From Candidatus Saccharimonadota bacterium (GTDB lineage Bacteria; Patescibacteriota; Gracilibacteria; BD1-5; UBA6164), in NCBI GenBank assembly GCA_965229705.1, contig OZ245922.1, forward strand, positions 60,001 to 92,000: 32,000 nucleotides of DNA, written 5' to 3'. A model generated the notes under the pieces. It did no database searches and had not been told where the DNA came from. It worked only from the letters and a program-made list of their open reading frames with translations. The position numbers and the translations under genes were made by a program. The first letter of the stretch is position 1. Each line of letters begins with the position of its first letter. Below, piece after piece: positions 29,486 to 32,000 of this stretch.

Positions 29486-30259
29486 ATGAAGTACAACGGA
29501 AATATAAACTATATCAAGTGCCTAGAATTTGGATTAAATCTGAGTCAATGAGCTGTAATGGATTTGATGACTCATTTATCGACTTGGGCTGAATGAAAAG
29601 ATATAGATGGGGAGATATACTACTATCTTTCAACACAAAAAATGACACAAGAACTACCACTTATTTCTGAGAATAAAAATACTTTTTTGAAGATATTGAA
29701 AAACCTCAAAGAAAAGGAACTCATTGAGCATAAAATATATTGGAATAAATGATATTATAAACTCTCAGAAAAGTGAAAAACTTTTGTATCAAAAATATTC
29801 TCTGCAGATATTCAAGGTGTGGAAAAAAATCCATACAAGTGTGGAAAAAAATCCACACTAGGTGTGGAAAATTTTCCACACAATAATAATACTAGTAATA
29901 ATAACACTAATATAAATAATAACTCTAAAGAGTTATTACAGCAAAATGCTGAATCTGAAAAAAATTTTTGAGATGAGAATATAAATATGCTTTTGTCATT
30001 TTTGTATCAGACGATTGGTATAGACCAGTTTAAAGAATCACAAAAACTTGAGAGAATGTATGCTCGGCATCTTATAAATTGGATCAAGAAACATGGAAAA
30101 GAACAGTTTGTGTCTCGCGCTGGCCAGATTTTGTCTGATGATTTCAAATCCAAGAACTGTAACAGCATAAAATATTTTTATAACGAGCTGAAAAGTTTTA
30201 TTCATACTCCAGGAATTACGAAAAAACCACGAAACAATAACAATGTAACTTTTTGATAA
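29486..30259 (+). CDS. Putative replication initiator / replisome organiser (257 aa) carrying its own origin
   Basis: The N-terminal winged-helix-like region (YIKCLEFGLNLSQGAVMDLMTHLSTWAEGKDIDGEIYYYLSTQKMTQELPLISENKNTFLKILKNLKEKELIE) resembles phage replisome-organiser N-domains. The central low-complexity linker is encoded by the iterons plus an AT-rich tract. C-terminal helical domain. TGA then TAA at 30254-30259. Confidence 0.45.
29817..29881 (+). repeat. Three 20-bp iterons (putative ori) inside the initiator gene
   Basis: GTGTGGAAAAAAATCCATAC (29817-29836), GTGTGGAAAAAAATCCACAC (29839-29858) and GTGTGGAAAATTTTCCACAC (29862-29881, a perfect 20-bp palindrome). Spacing is 22-23 bp. Immediately followed by the AT-rich tract caataataatactagtaataataacactaatataaataataac. 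Confidence 0.7.
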
Positions 30260-30738
30260 TGAACACAGAACTAAAAAAACATACTCCGATGATGGTAGTA
30301 GAAGTTGCTTTTTGATCAGAAAAAGAGTTTTTGTACTGGGAATGAACAAAAGAGCAGTTTCGCGAAAAACTCCAATCAACCTATATAAATTTTCCTTTGT
30401 ATTCCAATAGAGATGTTCTGCGTCAGAAAATAAAAGATTACTGGGTATTGGACTCAAAAGATGAGATATCTCTAGAGATGAGACTCTCGAGTCTGACTAT
30501 GACGCAAAAGACACAGGTCAAAGAATACATCTCACGAATGCAAAAGAATATTGGGAGATATCCCACACAGAAAGAAATAGAATCAATGATACAAAAGGCT
30601 CTATGAATCACTCAAGAGGAAGAACACCGCAAAGATTTTAGTAGTCTTGAGAGATTTAAAACGAGTCTTGTTATCAAAAGACAGAGGATAGCGAAAATCA
30701 TTACTTGAACCTTTCTTTGATTTCGAAGAGTATGATAG
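30259..30738 (+). CDS. Hypothetical protein (159 aa)
   Basis: ATG overlaps the initiator stop (TAATG). It incorporates track ORF 30397..30606. TAG at 30736-30738. No motif recognised. Confidence 0.4.
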
Positions 30739-30793
30739 CAATCAGCCCTTTGAGAGGTAACAAATGCATAGTATTTTCTAAAAATAAGTCACT

Positions 30794-31225
30794 ATGAAAA
30801 AAGAAGAATACATAGAGGGAGACATTCTTGATTGGCTGAAAATGCACTGAGTGGAGTGTTATAAGAACGACATCAAAGGTTACTACAACGAAAAGAAGTG
30901 ATACTACCAAAAAAATAAAAGTAATTATATCCGAAGATGAATATCAGATATAACTGCAATTATTGAGGGGAGATATATCGCGATAGAAGTAAAAAAACCA
31001 AGTGAGATGAAGTTTTTTGATAAATCTCTCCAGGAACTAAAAAAAAATCTCGAAGAGGCATATACTCGAAATATCTCTGAGAGTACCATTAAAAAATATA
31101 TCCACGCTGTGGAGCAAAGAGGCTTTCTTGATGATATTATAGCAAGCGGTGGAATCTGATTTTTTACTCAGTCTATAAAACAAACTCAAGAAAGACTTGA
31201 GGAAAATTGATATATTATTTCTTAA
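30794..31225 (+). CDS. VRR-NUC / PD-(D/E)xK nuclease (143 aa)
   Basis: RRGISDITAIIEGRYIAIEVKKPSE follows the G.(P/S)D...... ....(I/V)E(V/L)K core of VRR-NUC, followed by ...QRGFLDDIIASGGIGFF. Confidence 0.5.
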
Positions 31226-31238
31226 TTTTAAAAAAATT

Positions 31239-31493
31239 ATGCAAAACACGAAAAAAATACTAATAAGTGCATGAATTGTACTTATTTTGATAATCACTAA
31301 CGTGATTACACTGTATGCTATCAGTCCAAGTGAAATAGAAAAGAGTAAAAAAATAAGATTACTCAATCGGGATACGATAGAAAATCTCGAAAAAATGATA
31401 ACTGCATTTCAGGAACAAGTACAAGAACTTGAACAAGAAAATGCTAGTCGGAGGGAATTTGAGTGTAGTATCAATCCCGAATGTGCAAAATAA
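31239..31493 (+). CDS. Small type-II membrane protein with coiled coil (84 aa), holin/spanin-like by context
   Basis: MQNTKKILISAGIVLILIITNVITLYAI is a single TM segment. It is followed by ENLEKMITAFQEQVQELEQENASRREFEC. Extends track ORF 31287..31493 upstream through a TGA. Confidence 0.45.
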
Positions 31494-31537
31494 AAGCTCC
31501 GAAATCTGAGCGTAAACTAAGACAATCGGATCTGGAC

Positions 31538-31834
31538 ATGGATAAACTAGCTTATGCAGTAGCAATGGCAGAGACAAAGGATTGTACTCTTTGATATGGA
31601 AAGACTCATAATAACTGTTTTTGAATCAAACATTGAAATACCGTTCCTTGTCCTGGAGTAGCAAAGTTATCTATGTGTAGATTTGAATCAAAAGAAGCCT
31701 CGTATGAGGCTTTTAAAATTATTTGGGGTACTTGGTACAAAGATTATCCAAACTACACTCTTGCTCATAAATGGACTTGATGAGACAGGGTCTGAAACTG
31801 GATGAATACGGTAAATTATTTTTATAATTTTTAA
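31538..31834 (+). CDS. Putative cell-wall hydrolase with glucosaminidase (FlgJ/LytD-like) motif (98 aa; start may be further upstream)
   Basis: AYAVAMAETKDCTLGYGKTHNNCFGIKHGN resembles A.a.lE(S/T)g.g.s.....NN.FGIK of mannosyl-glycoprotein endo-beta-N-acetylglucosaminidase domains. Six TGAs. TAA at 31832-31834. Confidence 0.4.
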
Positions 31835-31838
31835 GTTT

Positions 31839-32000
31839 ATGAAAACAATAAAAATTGCTTTTGATGTAGACGGAACTCTGATAAGCAATGAGTTTTGAGA
31901 TAATGATATAATACCAAATAAGCGTATTGTAGAAATGTTGAAGACTTTTTACAGCTTCAAAAATGTGAAAATATATGTTTGGAGCGGTAGAGGGGAAAAG
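31839..32000 (+). CDS. HAD-superfamily hydrolase, 5' partial (runs off the window)
   Basis: MKTIKIAFDVDGTLISNEFGDNDIIPNKRIVEMLKTFYSFKNVKIYVWSGRGEK contains HAD motif I, (F)DxDGTL. Confidence 0.5.

Larger units (their letters stand above)
21870..32000. mobile_element. Integrated temperate element (prophage- or ICE-like) abutting tRNA-His; the right end lies beyond the window
   Basis: Serine recombinase next to and overlapping the tRNA. ImmR/ImmA-type switch with divergent promoters. ERF, NinB-like and VRR-NUC genes. Initiator gene with internal iterons. Small overlapping ORFs (TAATG junctions), a TM protein and a lysin-like protein. The left junction is probably at about 21928-21945. No second copy of the tRNA 3' end is visible inside the window. 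Confidence 0.75.

Noticed and set aside
29817-29881. The GTGTGGAAA repeats as mere coding repeats of a low-complexity protein region
   Set aside because: The repeat is exact at the DNA level and includes a perfect 20-bp palindrome. The phasing is 22-23 bp, which is not a multiple of 3, so the three copies are read in different frames (GVEKNPYK / CGKKSTL / GVENFPH). The constraint is therefore on the DNA, not on the peptide.
1-32000. UGA = Trp (translation table 4, mycoplasma/spiroplasma-like), given the low GC content
   Set aside because: At diagnostic positions the TGA aligns to invariant Gly, not Trp. These include the Walker A GxxGxGKT of RecG, SAKTG of LepA, GxGxGxPG of RsmG and CxxCG of the Zn ribbon. 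Trp is encoded by TGG in conserved contexts.

Overview
This low-GC bacterial chromosomal segment is coherent only under genetic code 25 (UGA = Gly, the code of SR1/Absconditabacteria and Gracilibacteria). The supplied standard-code ORF track cuts almost every real gene into pieces at in-frame TGAs. At conserved motif positions in RecG, LepA, RsmG and RmuC those TGAs fall on invariant glycines, while Trp is still written TGG. I re-translated by hand with TGA = Gly.

What the window then contains:
- Housekeeping genes: rmuC, a tsaC/yrdC-like gene, rsmG, recG, lepA, an HD hydrolase, an FMN reductase, an MgtC-family protein and tRNA-His.
- An island at about 1.2-10.7 kb of very large peptidoglycan-attacking proteins. 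Two are paralogous CHAP-like hydrolases, one of them with four PG-binding repeats. There is also an SLT transglycosylase and a 524-aa unknown protein.
- A 949-aa lamin-tail-domain (LTD) surface protein with internal tandem duplications.
- A family of MITE/REP-like intergenic repeats with shared inverted termini and two interchangeable cores, one core built around the palindrome GAGACCGGTCTC.
- From tRNA-His (21.85 kb) to the window end, a temperate integrative element (prophage- or ICE-like) that is itself written in code 25.

Contents of the integrative element:
- A large serine recombinase whose 3' end runs antisense into the tRNA.
- An ImmR/ImmA-type switch with two nuclease genes inserted into it (a NYN RNase and a secreted SNase).
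- A duplicated promoter.
- A candidate small RNA.
- An ERF / NinB-like / VRR-NUC recombination set.
- An initiator gene with internal iterons and an AT-rich tract.
- A small TM protein plus a lysin-like protein.

All coordinates come from manual translation. No database search was possible, so family names rest on recognised motifs only.
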